This document shows, one piece after another, positions 1 through 12,636 of a stretch of DNA of 64,000 nucleotides. Made by a program: the position numbers and the translations under genes. This stretch comes from Eledone cirrhosa. Its lineage: Eukaryota. Position 1 is the first letter of the stretch. Each line of letters starts with the position of its first letter. Below the pieces are notes generated by a model, which saw only the letters and a program-made list of their open reading frames with translations, searched no databases and was not told the origin of the DNA. The stretch covers positions 170,314,001-170,378,000 of the forward strand of contig OZ024741.1 in the NCBI GenBank assembly GCA_964016885.1, written 5' to 3'.

Positions 1-1178
1 GACTTGGAGTGGTTGATCAGTTTGTCTACCTGGGAAGCACTTTCAATCGATACAGCAACCTTGACAGTGAAATCTCACTTAGGATTAGGAAAGCAAGTGA
101 TGCTTTCGGAAAGCTAGAAAGGCGACTCTGGGGTCGGCGAGACATATGCAGGTGGACAAAGGTAAAGGTGTACATGGAATGTGTGCTCTCTTGTCTTCTT
201 TTTGCCTGCGAGACCTGGGTCACATATCGATACCACCTTAAGCAATTGGAGCGCTTCCATCAGATGTGTCTCAGACGGATCCATGGGGATCACTGGGGGG
301 ACCACATCAGTGATGTCGAGATTTTGGAAAGCTCTATGTGTGACAGTATAGAAGCTCTTGTGCTTAAGCAACGACTCCGTTGGAGTGGTCACCTTGCCAG
401 GATGAAGGATTCTAGAATACCAAAACAACTCTTTTATGGAGAGTTGGTTAAAGGAAAACAACCGCCACATAAACTCAAAAAGAGGTATAAGGATTCCTTG
501 AAAGCCTCTGTGAAAGACGCTAACATCTCTGCTGATACATGGGAGAATATTGCTGCTGATCGTGATGAATGGAGAAAGATGGTATATGAGGGAAAAGATG
601 CCTTTGAGGCATCTCGAATCGCACACGAGAAAGTAAAGCGGGATGTGAGGAAGGGTATTGCTGTTGCACTTCCAGACAGCAAGCGTCCTCCTATGGTGCT
701 GACATGCAGCGTCTGTGCGAGACTCTGCCTAAGCAAAGCTGGACTCGAAAGTCATCTTCGCAGTCATAAAGAAGGACCAGTGGTTGACTACCAGGCTGCT
801 GTTGGAGATACTACTCATCATGCTTGCCAAACATGTGGTAGAGAATGTAAATCAGCAGGAGGGCTCAAGCGACATGCAAAAGTACACGAACTCCACTCAC
901 AGCCGGCTATTCCCGGTGAATATTTTGGTTGCCGACTCTGTGCAAGACATTTTAGATCATTGGCTGAGCTAAAAAGTCACATTCGATCGCAGCGCTGTTA
1001 GTTGCTATCGTGCGTGTGTGTATAGGTATGTTTATGTGTGCGTGTGTGTGTATGTATATGTATATTATTATTGTTGTTGTTGTCGTTATTATTATTGTTG
1101 TTGTTGTTATTATTATTATTATTGTTATTAAGGTATGTGTGTGTGTATATATGTATGTGTGTATATATGTATATGTAC

Positions 1179-1238
<60 letters not shown>

Positions 1239-1364
1239 CTTTTTTTTATTTTATTTTTTATTTATTTATTAATATTTAATTTTATTTTATTTTTTTTATC
1301 CTCATGCAATGGCCATACTCGATAACGAGGGGGCAGCCATCATGTATGTATGTATGTATGTATG
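1..1364 (+). mobile_element. RTE-clade LINE, 3' part (runs off the left edge of the window)
   Basis: RTE-type post-RT ORF, a 3' UTR containing microsatellites, and terminal CAATGGCCATACTCGATAACGAGGGGGCAGCCATC followed by an (ATGT)n tail at ~1342-1364. Confidence 0.92.
9..1001 (+). CDS. RTE ORF C-terminus: end of RT/thumb plus three C2H2 zinc fingers (partial, 5'-open)
   Basis: FVYLGS, LRWSGHLARMKDSRIPKQLFYGEL and DRDEWRK are RTE hallmarks. Fingers: CSVC..HLRSH, CQTC..HAKVH, CRLC..HIRSQRC. No stop in 330 aa. Confidence 0.9.
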   Translation: MVDQFVYLGSTFNRYSNLDSEISLRIRKASDAFGKLERRLWGRRDICRWTKVKVYMECVLSCLLFACETWVTYRYHLKQLERFHQMCLRRIHGDHWGDHISDVEILESSMCDSIEALVLKQRLRWSGHLARMKDSRIPKQLFYGELVKGKQPPHKLKKRYKDSLKASVKDANISADTWENIAADRDEWRKMVYEGKDAFEASRIAHEKVKRDVRKGIAVALPDSKRPPMVLTCSVCARLCLSKAGLESHLRSHKEGPVVDYQAAVGDTTHHACQTCGRECKSAGGLKRHAKVHELHSQPAIPGEYFGCRLCARHFRSLAELKSHIRSQRC

Positions 1365-1499
1365 CATAATCTATAGTATTCTGATCTTTCGAAGTTGAAT
1401 CCCCACATCGAGCTAACGTGAGGTGTTCCCCTTTGAGAATATCTTCTGCGCATGCTTATTTGTGTTCTCGTCTTCCTTTTCCGTGCTATCTAATTTAAA

Positions 1500-1540
1500 C
1501 CGAGCTGATGATCCGTTTGAGGTGAAATAATTGTTCTCGG
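1500..1540 (+). ncRNA. Minimal type-I hammerhead ribozyme (Penelope-type)
   Basis: ccgag-CTGATGA-tccgtttgaggt-GAAA-taattg-TT-ctcgg; stem I ccgag/ctcgg, near-palindromic stem III, weak stem II. Related decayed copy on minus strand at ~48037-48075. Confidence 0.6.
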
Positions 1541-1570
1541 AAATGATGTAATAAATGTGGTGGGAATATA

Positions 1571-1725
<155 letters not shown>

Positions 1726-1828
1726 ATACATATATATATATAGTAATAATAATAAATTTGAAGACTAAAATCCAAAGAAGGCTCGATAAAGATAAATATA
1801 TATCAAATATATAAGAACCGTAGAGCAA

Positions 1829-1942
1829 ATATTTATTAAAATAACAGATTAAAGTTTAAGCAAAGAATCGCTGCTTTCACCCTTAACGGGATCTTCCGAA
1901 ACTAACAGCGGTTCTTTGCTTAAACTTTAATCTGTTATTATA

Positions 1943-1950
<8 letters not shown>
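1829..1950. repeat. Fold-back palindrome with hammerhead remnants at its centre
   Basis: Arms atatttattaaaataacagattaaagtttaagcaaagaatcgctg / cagcggttctttgcttaaactttaatctgttattataataaatat; centre reads gaagatcccgttaagggtGAAA on minus strand. Confidence 0.75.
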
Positions 1951-1994
<44 letters not shown>

Positions 1995-2024
1995 AGAACA
2001 AAATATGGTTAAAAGAGTTCCATG

Positions 2025-2095
2025 TATTTTATTATGCGCATTTCAAAGACAAATATCATCATGCAATAATATTTGTGTTTTCATCAGATAAAATA
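2025..2095 (-). ncRNA. Type-I hammerhead ribozyme (family A, inverted copy)
   Basis: Reverse complement of 2206-2276. Confidence 0.8.
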
Positions 2096-2205
2096 GGAAT
2101 ACATGATATGAAGGTTAACAAACACTTGTGGATAGTGCAGTTTTAAATCAACATATCCAACTGCACTATCCACAAGTGTTTTTTAACCTTCATATCATGT
2201 CTTCC

Positions 2206-2276
2206 TATTTTATCTGATGAAAACACAAATATTATTGCATGATGATATTTGTCTTTGAAATGCGCATAATAAAATA
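2206..2276 (+). ncRNA. Type-I hammerhead ribozyme (family A)
   Basis: tattttat-CTGATGA-long stem II (aaacacaaatattat/atgatatttgtcttt)-GAAA-tgcgca-TA-ataaaata; palindromic stem III, AUA cleavage triplet. Confidence 0.85.
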
Positions 2277-2399
2277 CATGGAACTCTTTTAACCATCTTT
2301 TGTTCTTATATATTATGTATACTCCAGTCCTACAAACTGTAGAGTGCTTCTTATCCGATATCTGCATTGCTTTATTGTACTACAATAAAACTCACCTCC

Positions 2400-2487
<88 letters not shown>

Positions 2488-2489
2488 AT

Positions 2490-2795
2490 AAGTAAATGCG
2501 AAGTAGTTTCAGATGTTAAAATCCTTTGTTGATAAGGCTGTGATACATATTTCGATGTCGACAGTTGCCATGCTCTCAAAGGAACGACCGAAAGCTTCAA
2601 GAACATCATCTTTGTCCGTTCCCTTGTTATTTCATTTTGGATTGCCTTCGGGAACGAAACCTTATTATTAAGAAGCTTTCTGATGAGACCATGTCACTGG
2701 GTACGTGAAATCGCGTGGCCACTGTCGTTATTGAAATATGTATCACATCCTTATCAATAAAGGACGTTAATATTTGAAACTATTTCGCATTTTCT
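2490..2795. repeat. Diverged fold-back element with CTGATGA...GAAA remnant
   Basis: 2490-2573 is an imperfect reverse complement of 2713-2795; CTGATGA at 2680-2686. Confidence 0.6.
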
Positions 2796-2939
2796 TATGC
2801 TAAATATAATTCGTCATTTTTACGTGGAAGAATTACGTTGAGTGCTTGAATTGCATCAATGTTTATATGTGTGTGTGTATATATATATATGGTTTCCTTA
2901 TGCTTATACACACGCACACACACCACATCATTCTTCTAC

Positions 2940-3198
2940 ATTTAAATCTCGACTTAAAAGGATAAGCACGGCACTCTCAGAACTAATTTGGTCCTTAAAA
3001 GACAAAAACATAAATTACGAAATTTCTTGGCGTAAAATCTACAACGCATCTCCAATACTTTCTAGTGATTGTAATTTATGTGTAGTTGAAAAATTTACCA
3101 TTATCTCGAATTTCAACACAATAATAAATCGAAGAACCGATTTATTTGGACTTTGTAATCATAAATCCTACAAGACCTTTCACAAAGTATATAGCTAA
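2940..3198 (+). pseudogene. Penelope-like GIY-YIG endonuclease C-terminal fragment
   Basis: STALSELIWSLKDKNINYEISW..CNLCVVEK..INRRTDLFGLCNH aligns by eye to the 44060-44302 translation STALSDLIWKLKQ..CKLCLNE..INFRTDFFGTCRH. Confidence 0.8.
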
Positions 3199-3619
3199 TG
3201 TCCTATAACATATTCCACGAGTCACTATTATCTTTAAACATATTTCATTATATTCTACAATGTATTATTTTGGTTTTCTCATTATATATTAAGCCTTTGA
3301 TCTTCTTTTCTATAGCCTTAGATTTTCGCTCAAACTTTCGTAGATTTTGTAAACAAATGATGACGTCATATTATAATAGATTTTTCTCTACGTTTTTTTC
3401 TACGTTTATAAATCATTCTAGCAATTTCCTTTATTTACTTGTTGATATAAAATAGAAATTAAATAGTATACCCCACATATATATTTTTACTAGAAATTAT
3501 TAATTTTGACATAGATAGACAATTTTTATTTTATTTTATAAAAATCTTTTTATATTTATTTTATTAATACATTTTTACACTTCTTAATCCAATTTTTAGT
3601 ATTTAAACCCAATATAAAA

Positions 3620-3737
3620 TAATTGTTTCTACTTTTGGCACAATGCCAGCAATAATCCCAGTGTATTACTGATACTTTATTTTATCGACCCCGTAAGGAT
3701 GAAAGGCAAAGTTAACCTTGGCTGGATTTAAACCCAA
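3620..3737 (-). mobile_element. tRNA-derived SINE family 1, partial
   Basis: Reverse complement of core aactttgcctttcatccttacggggtcgataaaataaagta. Confidence 0.75.
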
Positions 3738-3876
3738 TATAAAATAATATACCCAGTTTCTATATTTAGACCTATAATATTTGAATACCTTCTATAATAT
3801 TCGCACATACACCTCATCAATTTATTTTTTAACCGTTATTTAGAGCTGTTTTCATATTGACAGCGTTCCTGATCAA

Positions 3877-3921
<45 letters not shown>

Positions 3922-4071
3922 TCCTTCTTTTTTTCTTTCTTCTCTTTCTTTTTCCTTTTTTCTCTTCTTTCCTTTTCTTCAATTTTCCTATCTATTTCTA
4001 ACTATAGTATTAACACATATATTTCTGTCATATGTAGACTTAGCACTTTCCTCATATCATTGTACCTTATT

Positions 4072-4137
4072 TTTTATCTGAAGAGAACACAATATCTGTC
4101 CCAGGATGATTTTGTATTCGAAATACGTATAATAAAA
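4072..4137 (+). ncRNA. Type-I hammerhead ribozyme (family A variant) in a pLTR fragment ~4031-4180
   Basis: ttttat-CTGAAGA-gaacacaatatc...gattttgtattc-GAAA-tacgta-TA-ataaaa. Confidence 0.8.
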
Positions 4138-4177
4138 TATATGGAACTCTTATAACCATCATTTATTTCATATTTAT

Positions 4178-4247
<70 letters not shown>

Positions 4248-4248
4248 T

Positions 4249-4315
<67 letters not shown>

Positions 4316-4845
4316 GGTGTGTGCGGGTGTGTGTGCGTGTGAGTGTGTATATATACATATATTTATGCTATCAATGTTTTTTAAGGGAGAGCTAGTACAT
4401 ATATTGACCGAATTAATGTACAGCAAACTGATACACTAACATATCGATGAATATGATTAGTATCATCGACTGGAATTCAGATGAGGTCTTTTCATGCTTT
4501 AGGACAGAAAAACTAGCGTAAATATGATCTATATTAGCCAATACGATTATGAACATTAAAGACAAAATACAAATAAATATTCTACCAAACACATATACGC
4601 TCTAAGTAAATACATACCTCACAGTTTATGCGAAGCCAAATATGCAAATATAATATGTAAGGGAATTATCTTCGGTTCAACAGCAGTCTATCAACGTTTT
4701 GATATGTCATACAGCTCATTAAACAGTGACACAGCAAATCTTGTGAGATCGTTATATCCACATATGTGTGTATGTAGCATCCTCGAACCATGCTATATAT
4801 ATATATATATGTATATGAACATACGTATGTATGTATATATGTATT

Positions 4846-4884
<39 letters not shown>

Positions 4885-4889
<5 letters not shown>

Positions 4890-5103
4890 TGAAATAAAAG
4901 ATGGTTATAAGAGTTCCATATATTTTATTATACGTATTTCGAATACAAAATCATCCTGGGACAGAAAATGTGTTCTCTTCAGATAAAATAAAATATGGAA
5001 CTCTTATAACAATCTTTTATTTCATCTTTATTTCTACCAACTGTCGAGTGCTACTTATCTGATATATGCATAGTTTTATTGTTCTACAATATTATTCACC
5101 TTA
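4885..5103 (+). mobile_element. Family A fold-back element with minus-strand hammerhead at 4921-4990
   Basis: Inverted arm, then direct remainder and tail ctgtcgagtgctac...ttcacct; same sequence as 4072-4180 and 42446-42912. Confidence 0.8.
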
Positions 5104-5245
5104 TATTTTCTTATTTTACGTCTTTTATATTATTGTTCTGCATCCTCCTGCATTGAACCACTTAGGTACTATGACATAACCTGTGTATTTGCTGGCATGG
5201 GCGTGCATCTGTGCGCTTATATTAGTTGATATATTAAATTATCTA

Positions 5246-5329
<84 letters not shown>

Positions 5330-5503
5330 AAAAAATACTAACCACAGACAATAGGGTTTGCTAGACTCAATTTAAGAATAAATTAAGAAAAATAAATACA
5401 AACCAGTATTGTGGTAACTACCATAACCCAGACGATCCATTACGATATGAACAAATATATATATATATAAGTCTGTGTTCGTTTTTCCTTTTTGTTCAGT
5501 TAT

Positions 5504-6650
5504 ATAAACGGAAAAATGAAACGAAATTTCATTTCCCACTCTTAGTACGGCTGTTAATTAAATATAAGTATGTATACGTACATACATATATGTATACAGA
5601 CGTACAGTAGTATGTATATATATATACATACATGCACACATATATATATGTACGTATGGATACACCGAACATTTATTATAATGCTCGGTGTGTTTGTAAA
5701 CAAACATCCCGTATTAAGCCGTAGTGTCTAGCAACCATCGTTGCTCGTTTGTTCAACACTGACAAAGGAACGCTGTACTAGTTACAAGCTTATTAGCTAT
5801 CGGCAGCAACGTATACCTTCCTGCCAGATTGTTGAAGTTCTGAAAGTATATAGTTTCCTTATGCACATTAACGGCTGAGCAGCCTAATTTGCATATCGAG
5901 TGGGTTAATCGACCGGGAGCACCTAAAACGATAAACGGAAAAAAAGAAACGAAATTTCATTTCCCACTCTTAGTACGGCTGTTACTTGAATATAAGTATG
6001 TATACGTACATACATATATGTATACAGACGTAGTATGTATATATATATACATACATGCACATATATATATGTACGTATGGATTCACCGAACATTTATTAT
6101 AATGCTCGGTGTATTTGTAAACAAACATCCCGTATTAAGCCGTAGTGTCTAGCAACCATCGTTGCTCGTTTGTTCAACACTGACAAAGGAACGCTGTACT
6201 AGTTACAAGCTTATTAGCTATCGTCAGCAACGTATACCTTCCTGCCATATTGTTGAACGTCTGAAAGTATATACTTTCCTTATGCATATTAACTGGTGAG
6301 TATATATATATACATACTACTGTACGTCTGCATACATATATATATGTACGTGTACATACTTATATTTAAGTAACAGCCGTACTAAGAGTGGGAAATGAAA
6401 TTTCATTTCATTTTTTCCGTTTATCGTTTTGGGTGCACCCGGCCGATTAACCCACTCGATATGCAAATTAGGCTGCTCAGCCGTTAATATGCATAAGGAA
6501 ACTATATACTTTCAGACGTTCAACAATATGGCAGGAAGGTATACGTTGCTGACGATAGCTACATATATATGTGTGCGTGTATGTATATATATACATACAA
6601 ACTACTGTACGTCTGTATACATATATGTATGTACGTATACATACTTATAG
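5504..6650 (-). mobile_element. Family B non-coding hammerhead-bearing element: ~427-bp tandem units plus an inverted copy
   Basis: Unit starts at 5504 and 5931; 6300-6560 is the reverse complement. Hammerhead copies at ~5770-5812 and 6191-6233 (minus) have GAAA mutated to GTAA. Confidence 0.75.
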
Positions 6651-6683
6651 TTCAGTTATATATTTATATATATATTTGTATTT

Positions 6684-6725
<42 letters not shown>

Positions 6726-6791
6726 GTAGCGAGGGAGAGAGAGAGAGAGAGGTATTGCTAGATGTGATTATCATCATTATTATTAAGAAGG

Positions 6792-7353
6792 TAGGTGGAT
6801 TGGCAGAATCGCTAGAGCGTCGGACAACATGCTTTATGGCATAGAGTAATGGCCCTTTGAGGGTTCGATCAAATAAAGCACCAGGAATGCACTGGGGTTG
6901 AATTTAATCGATTTTCCCTCCCTCTAAAGGGTGGCTTTGTGCCTATAGTAGAAATCATTATTATTGTGGATTGGCAGTACAGGTAGAGAGTCGGAAGCCA
7001 TGCTTTGAAGCATAGAGTTATTTCCCTTTACGGTCTGAGTTCAAATCCCGCCGAGGTTAACTTTGCCTTTCATCATTACGGAGTCGATAAAATAAAGTAC
7101 CAGTAATGCATAGGGTATTTGCTGGCCTTGTGCCAAAAGTAGAAACAATTATTATGTTTGGAAGTATCAGTAAAGAATTGAAGACCATGTTTCGCATAGA
7201 GTTAAGGCCCTTTACGTTCTGAGTTCAAATCCCGCCAAAAAAGCTTTGCCTTTCAACCATAGGTGGTCGATAAAGCACCAGTCATGCACTGGTGTCGATT
7301 TCCCCTCCCCCTCAAATTGCTGGCCTTGTGCCTAAAGTAGAAACCAATATTAT
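6792..7353 (+). mobile_element. Cluster of three SINE family 1 copies
   Basis: A-box-like tggcagaatcg/tggcagtac, B-box gagttcaaatccc, core and 3' ggccttgtgccaaaagtagaaac. Confidence 0.75.
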
Positions 7354-7385
7354 TATATACATACACACACATGCGTCTGCACACA

Positions 7386-7461
<76 letters not shown>

Positions 7462-7781
7462 TGCAGGAAGAAGAACCGTTTATCATCGCTATAGACCCAT
7501 ATCTTTACTGAAGTATTCAATAAATGTCAAACAGTAATTTATTTGTAACTCTTTCTCAACGTAACTCTATTTGTTGAACGCTCTACCGATGCTGCCAATC
7601 GAACGCCTTTGAAAAAATCAATACTACTGATTTCTAGGATACAAATTCTCAAATTTTTAGGGAAATTGTACAGTCAATGACATCGAACCCAATATTTAAC
7701 TGATACTTCATTTTATTAATCTCTTCTGAATGTAAAGGATAATTCGACATCAAAAACCCTCCAAAAAACTTCAACTAAATA

Positions 7782-8157
7782 CAGTAGTCCCCGGTATCCG
7801 CGGGAGTTACGTCCTTAGAGCACCCACGAAGAGCAAAAAAACAGCGAATATTGGACGTGGTGCATAAAAATGCCTATAAACATCAAAATTAACGTAAAAA
7901 ATAATAAAAAGGAGGGACCGTCTTATACGAAGGGGTGTCCAATAGGCCGGCCAATACGGTATGTTGTTATTAATAGTTTAGCGTTAAAAAATATATATTG
8001 CCGCAAAAAATATCGCGGAAGATATTTACGATTCCTCGAATACGAGGGGGTTTCCTCGAATAATTATTAATTACTTACTAAGGAAATTTCACGAATAACT
8101 GGGACCGCGAATGCCAGGACTGCGAATGCCGGGACCACGAATTCCGAGGGTACACTG
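7782..8157. mobile_element. pogo/Tigger-like MITE
   Basis: TA|CAGTAGTCCCCGGTATCCGCGG ... CCACGAATTCCGAGGGTACACTG|TA with subterminal (C)CGCGAAT repeats. Confidence 0.75.
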
Positions 8158-9202
8158 TACAGCATACTATTTTATCTAATAGGGTACTGTTAATAGACTA
8201 CTTTTGAGAAATCCGTATTTTTAATAGTATTTTCTTTATTATCGTCATTTTAACATTTGTTCAAATTTATTTTTAAATTGTCCGGTAAAATTTTAATAAA
8301 TAGCTATTCCTACAGCCAGTATTTGTTATCAAAACCAAAAAATAACAAAATTTGAAGGATTTTAATTATTGAGATGTACGTGAAATTTTTCAAAATAATA
8401 TTCTAAATTTATTTCCATTCGAATCGGTTGAAATTATTTTGAACAAGTTTAGCTTTTTAACTATATATATTTCTTATTTGCTGTTATTTTGTTGTTGTTG
8501 CGAATACTGTTGCTGAGGAAATGGACAGAGTTGTTGTTGTTTGCGGTGGTGATGGTGGTAGTTTGTTTGTGGCAGTTGCTGTTGCTCTTGTGTTTGGAGT
8601 GTTTGTGCATTCTGGAAATGGTGGAGAGTCGCTCGCTAATAAACTGTATACAGGTTTCAAAATTCCTATCCTGTCAATCGTGGCACGGCTACAGTGATTT
8701 ACAACAGTTCTTATACATTGGCGAACGAGAGAGAGAGAGAGAGAGAGACGTGTTTTCACCAGTGTATCGTCTATTAACGTCATCCAAAGATGAATTGATA
8801 GAGTTAAAATTCATGGCCTATTAAGTCTAACCCACGAATAGATGAGTTAAGAGTAAAACGGTAAAACTGGTTTAGGCTTCGATCGTTAGGATCCCTTCAT
8901 CAGTATAATATTGCATCCATAGTCTAAGCAGCTTAGTACTGAATTGCACCGTCTATCTAACGGTAAACTGGTACTCTAAGGTACATTTTACCACTGCTGT
9001 TATTAGGTACAACAATGATGCGGTGTTGGAAGAATCATTATCATCGCCTTCATAGTCCCCTTCATCATCATTATCATCACCGTCGTCATTATATTATCAT
9101 CATCACCACCTCCACCACTAAGGCCATCAACATCATCATCATCAATACATTTATCACCAAGTTCATCACGAGTATTGTGAGCATTATCAGCAGCAGCAGC
9201 AT

Positions 9203-9394
9203 GGCGGTGGATTGGCAGTATCGATAGAAGGTCGGACGCCATGCTTTGCAGCATAGAGTTACGGCCCTTTACAGTCTGGATTCAATTCCTGCCGAGGTCA
9301 ACTTTGCCTTTCATCCCTTACAGGGTCGATAAAATAAAGTACCAGTAAAACACTGGGATAATTGCTGGCCTTGTGCCAAAATTAGAAACAATTA
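9203..9394 (+). mobile_element. SINE family 1, near full length
   Basis: ggcggtggattggcagtatcg...core...gtgccaaaattagaaacaatt. Confidence 0.85.
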
Positions 9395-9721
9395 TCATCA
9401 GCATCAGCAGCAGTAGCCACGTCGGCAGAACACTTTATTCCTCTAAGATTTACCAACTCATCCTTCGCTTGTAATACCTATTCCAATCAAACTCACTTGA
9501 CATGGCAATCAATGCTTTGTCTTCACTCTTGCCATTCTATTTCGCCAACATACCATTCCCCGCTCCACGGAATTGCAATCGGGTTTGTTCTCTTGGACTC
9601 CTCCATGTTATGAATAACTTAACTACGATTTTTCTCTTTAACCTTTTATTTAAACAATTAGATTCGTTGGTAATTCAAACTATGACATTGTCTTCAATAT
9701 ATATAACCTTATCATCTAGAC

Positions 9722-10424
9722 CACAAGTTCTCAACCCATTTAGGCCAAACGCCCCCTTTTGTCCCTCGAAATCACGAAACGCCCGCCCCCCCCTATTTTT
9801 CCATTTTTCAGTATACTACTGATTTTTATATCAGTAGATTACTAAAAAATTGATTAACAATATTCCAAAGATGTGTGTATTATCTGATTATGTGTTGTAT
9901 GTGGTCCTAGATGTGTGTGCTACTCGCTTCTGTTTTTTCTTTTCTTTTTTTTTTATTTGTAATATTAATTATACAATAGGGAATAAAATAGATCTACATA
10001 GTGTTAACTCGTTGCAGTTGAGTCAATAATTTCAGACATGAAATACATTGTTATCGGTGAAGGAAAGATAAGATTCTAACTGGCTGCGCTCAAAGTGTCT
10101 TTGACCCAGTTGACTGTGGGTTTTTCCATTTTTAGGATCTCAATTACCGGTTAACGTCTCAATTACCGGACATGCCTGCACACCTGATCACAGCTGCGGT
10201 CAGACTATAGTTATACAAGCTCATTCAAATGCATTGACACTGGCTGTCTCAAAGACATACAAATATGGCTTATAAAACTTACCAAAATAAAGAGCCTTCC
10301 AGCGCCCCCTAACCTCCCTCCCCCAGCTCCAAACGCCCCCCTAACGCGACCTTGCTCCCAAACGCCCCCTTGAAGTTCCGAAACGCCCCCCGGGGGTGCA
10401 CATGCCCCCCGTTGAGAACCTTTG
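9722..10424. mobile_element. Non-autonomous hAT (Charlie-like) element
   Basis: TIRs CACAAGTTCTCAAC / GTTGAGAACCTTTG; perfect 8-bp TSD ATCTAGAC (9714-9721, 10425-10432); subterminal AAACGCCCC repeats. Confidence 0.88.
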
Positions 10425-10600
10425 ATCTAGACCATCGTTGAGTCCCTGTGTAATATTTGTCATTATCAAATGTATCAGGGGATATGAAAATGGTAGTGTC
10501 TCACATGTGTAAAATAATGTGTCGATCATGTTCCTTTAACTGTGATTAACCCAATAATTAGAACACAAAATTTCATTCAAACGCTGATTATTTTTAGGTA

Positions 10601-10777
10601 TCGTGGATTGGCAGTATCGGTAGAGGGTCGGACGCCATGCTTTGACGCATAGAGTTACGGCCCTTGCCATTCTGAGTTCAAATCCCGCCGAGGTTAACTT
10701 TACCGGGGTCGATAAAATAAAGTACCAGTAATGCACTGAGCAATTGCTGGCCTTGTGCCAAAAGTAGAGACAATTAT
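10601..10777 (+). mobile_element. SINE family 1
   Basis: Head, B-box and 3' end as in the other copies; small core deletion. Confidence 0.85.
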
Positions 10778-11926
10778 GTTTATTTACGTGTGACACGCGT
10801 TTCGCGATCGATCAGCTCAAGGTACAATCAGTATTGATCGTTGCTGATTCTGAAATCAATAGCTCATAAGACTCGAGGATCCCTTAATGACAGGAGATAT
10901 CTATTTACAGTTTTAAACATTATTAGTATCTAAAAACGGAAAAGGAAGGGAAAGGCAAGGGGTCTAGAGTCACAGAAGAATTGAGGAAGAGGAGGTGATA
11001 AGCTCTGGGTCTAGGGCACAGTGGAGTTGCTGCTGCTCCCCGCGGACATGTAAAGACAATAAGCAAGGCGGATAACTCCAATAACATCACATAATCTGTA
11101 GATTTACAAAATGAAGACAACTCAGTTATCGGTGGACCCTGTCTTTAAAGCCAGCTGCTAAAAAGTACCGACATGCTTCAATCAATCTCTCTACTTAAAA
11201 TTAATATTGCTAAATATGCTCCACTCATGATATAGAACGAACTCGAATCATGTTCATTGATTTCACTAGTTGGCTTTAAATACAAAGTCAACGCCTAACT
11301 GCGAAAACAATACCTCATAACGGAAGTAACAGACCCAAAATATCACAATATATCTCTCAAAGAAATAAAGTAGTTATTCAGATATAAAGATTTGACAATA
11401 GAGATAATGTGAATAAAACATACATAAGCCATAAAAAGTTGCTTTGTGGGGGATAAGGTCTAATATTCACCACTTACAGAATATTACACTAATAGGAAGC
11501 GAAAAAAAAGAATATATATATACATATATATATATATAAATGATGATAATATTGTTGATGATGATGTGGATGATGATGATGATGTTGATGAAAATACGAT
11601 TTCAATGAATAATGAATGCTCAATGCCAGTCCTGCCGATGGTCAGTGAAGCAGAAACGTTGGTAGAATTCGTATGAACTATGTGTCAAATTAGAATATTT
11701 CAGATAGTTGTAAATCAATTCCAGTTTCCTCAAACTCTGGCCGAATTTTGTTTTGCAAAGGACACCCAGGATGTTAGCTCTAGCGAAAGTCATATAGATG
11801 TATCATACAAACATTGTAGACTTCTAGTGTTAGACAGTCTGTCTTTGATTTATTTTGATATTGTTTACCATATTTGTTTATCTAGCTATTTAATTTCTCT
11901 CTCTCTCTCTCTTTCATTTTCTCTGT

Positions 11927-11982
<56 letters not shown>

Positions 11983-12060
11983 ATATACAGAGAAAATGGA
12001 AGAGAGACAAATTAAATAGCTAGATAAACAAATATGGTAAACAATATCAAAATAAATCAA

Positions 12061-12223
<163 letters not shown>

Positions 12224-12224
12224 A

Positions 12225-12419
12225 CGAATGAAGTGTGGCAAGGAACCAGGTTGACCATAACGCACCAGAGTACTCGATACTTTGGGTATTAGAGTGGGTA
12301 AAAGGAAAAGACTCAGGACACCGACGGCAGAGCTCAAGCTGTTTCGACGGCTATTTCTGGTCCAGAAATAGCCGTCGAAACGGCTTGAGCCCTGCCGTCG
12401 GGATCCTGACTCTTGTCCT
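12225..12419 (-). mobile_element. Family C fold-back element; hairpin 12303-12419 holds the 3' half of a hammerhead
   Basis: gacggctatttctgg-t-ccagaaatagccgtc-GAAA-cggc..gccg-TC; flanked by (TA)n; relative at 45785-45935. Confidence 0.75.
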
Positions 12420-12636
12420 ATATATATATATATGAATAGAGAGAGGGAAAGAGAGAGAGAGAAACATAAATAGACGCTCAGATAAGTCTTTCATTCTTTT
12501 CCTCTTTTTCTCTCCTTTTATATATACAACTATCTATTTATTTATTTATTTATTTATTTATTTCTGTACTGTTAACATATTCAATGCAGGAAGCATCAAA
12601 CATCTACTTAGAAATAATAATAGGGCGATGAAAATA

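Larger units (their letters stand above)
1985..2400 (+). mobile_element. Non-autonomous Penelope-like fold-back element, family A
   Basis: ~157-bp inverted arms (1985-2142 / 2159-2315), an unpaired 3' tail, (TA)n on both sides, and a hammerhead in each arm. Confidence 0.8.

Noticed and set aside
9-1001. Host C2H2 zinc-finger transcription factor
   Set aside because: Fingers are fused to an RTE RT C-terminus, lack TGEKP linkers and precede a LINE tail
8860-8910. Hammerhead-like CTGATGA..gatc/gatc..GAAG on minus strand; similar weak motifs near 4478, 10795 and 54146
   Set aside because: Core altered or stems I/III cannot be closed; too degenerate to call
9003-9227. His-rich or Asp-rich ORFs, also at 60773-60958
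   Set aside because: Degenerate (CAT)n/(GAT)n trinucleotide repeats next to SINEs
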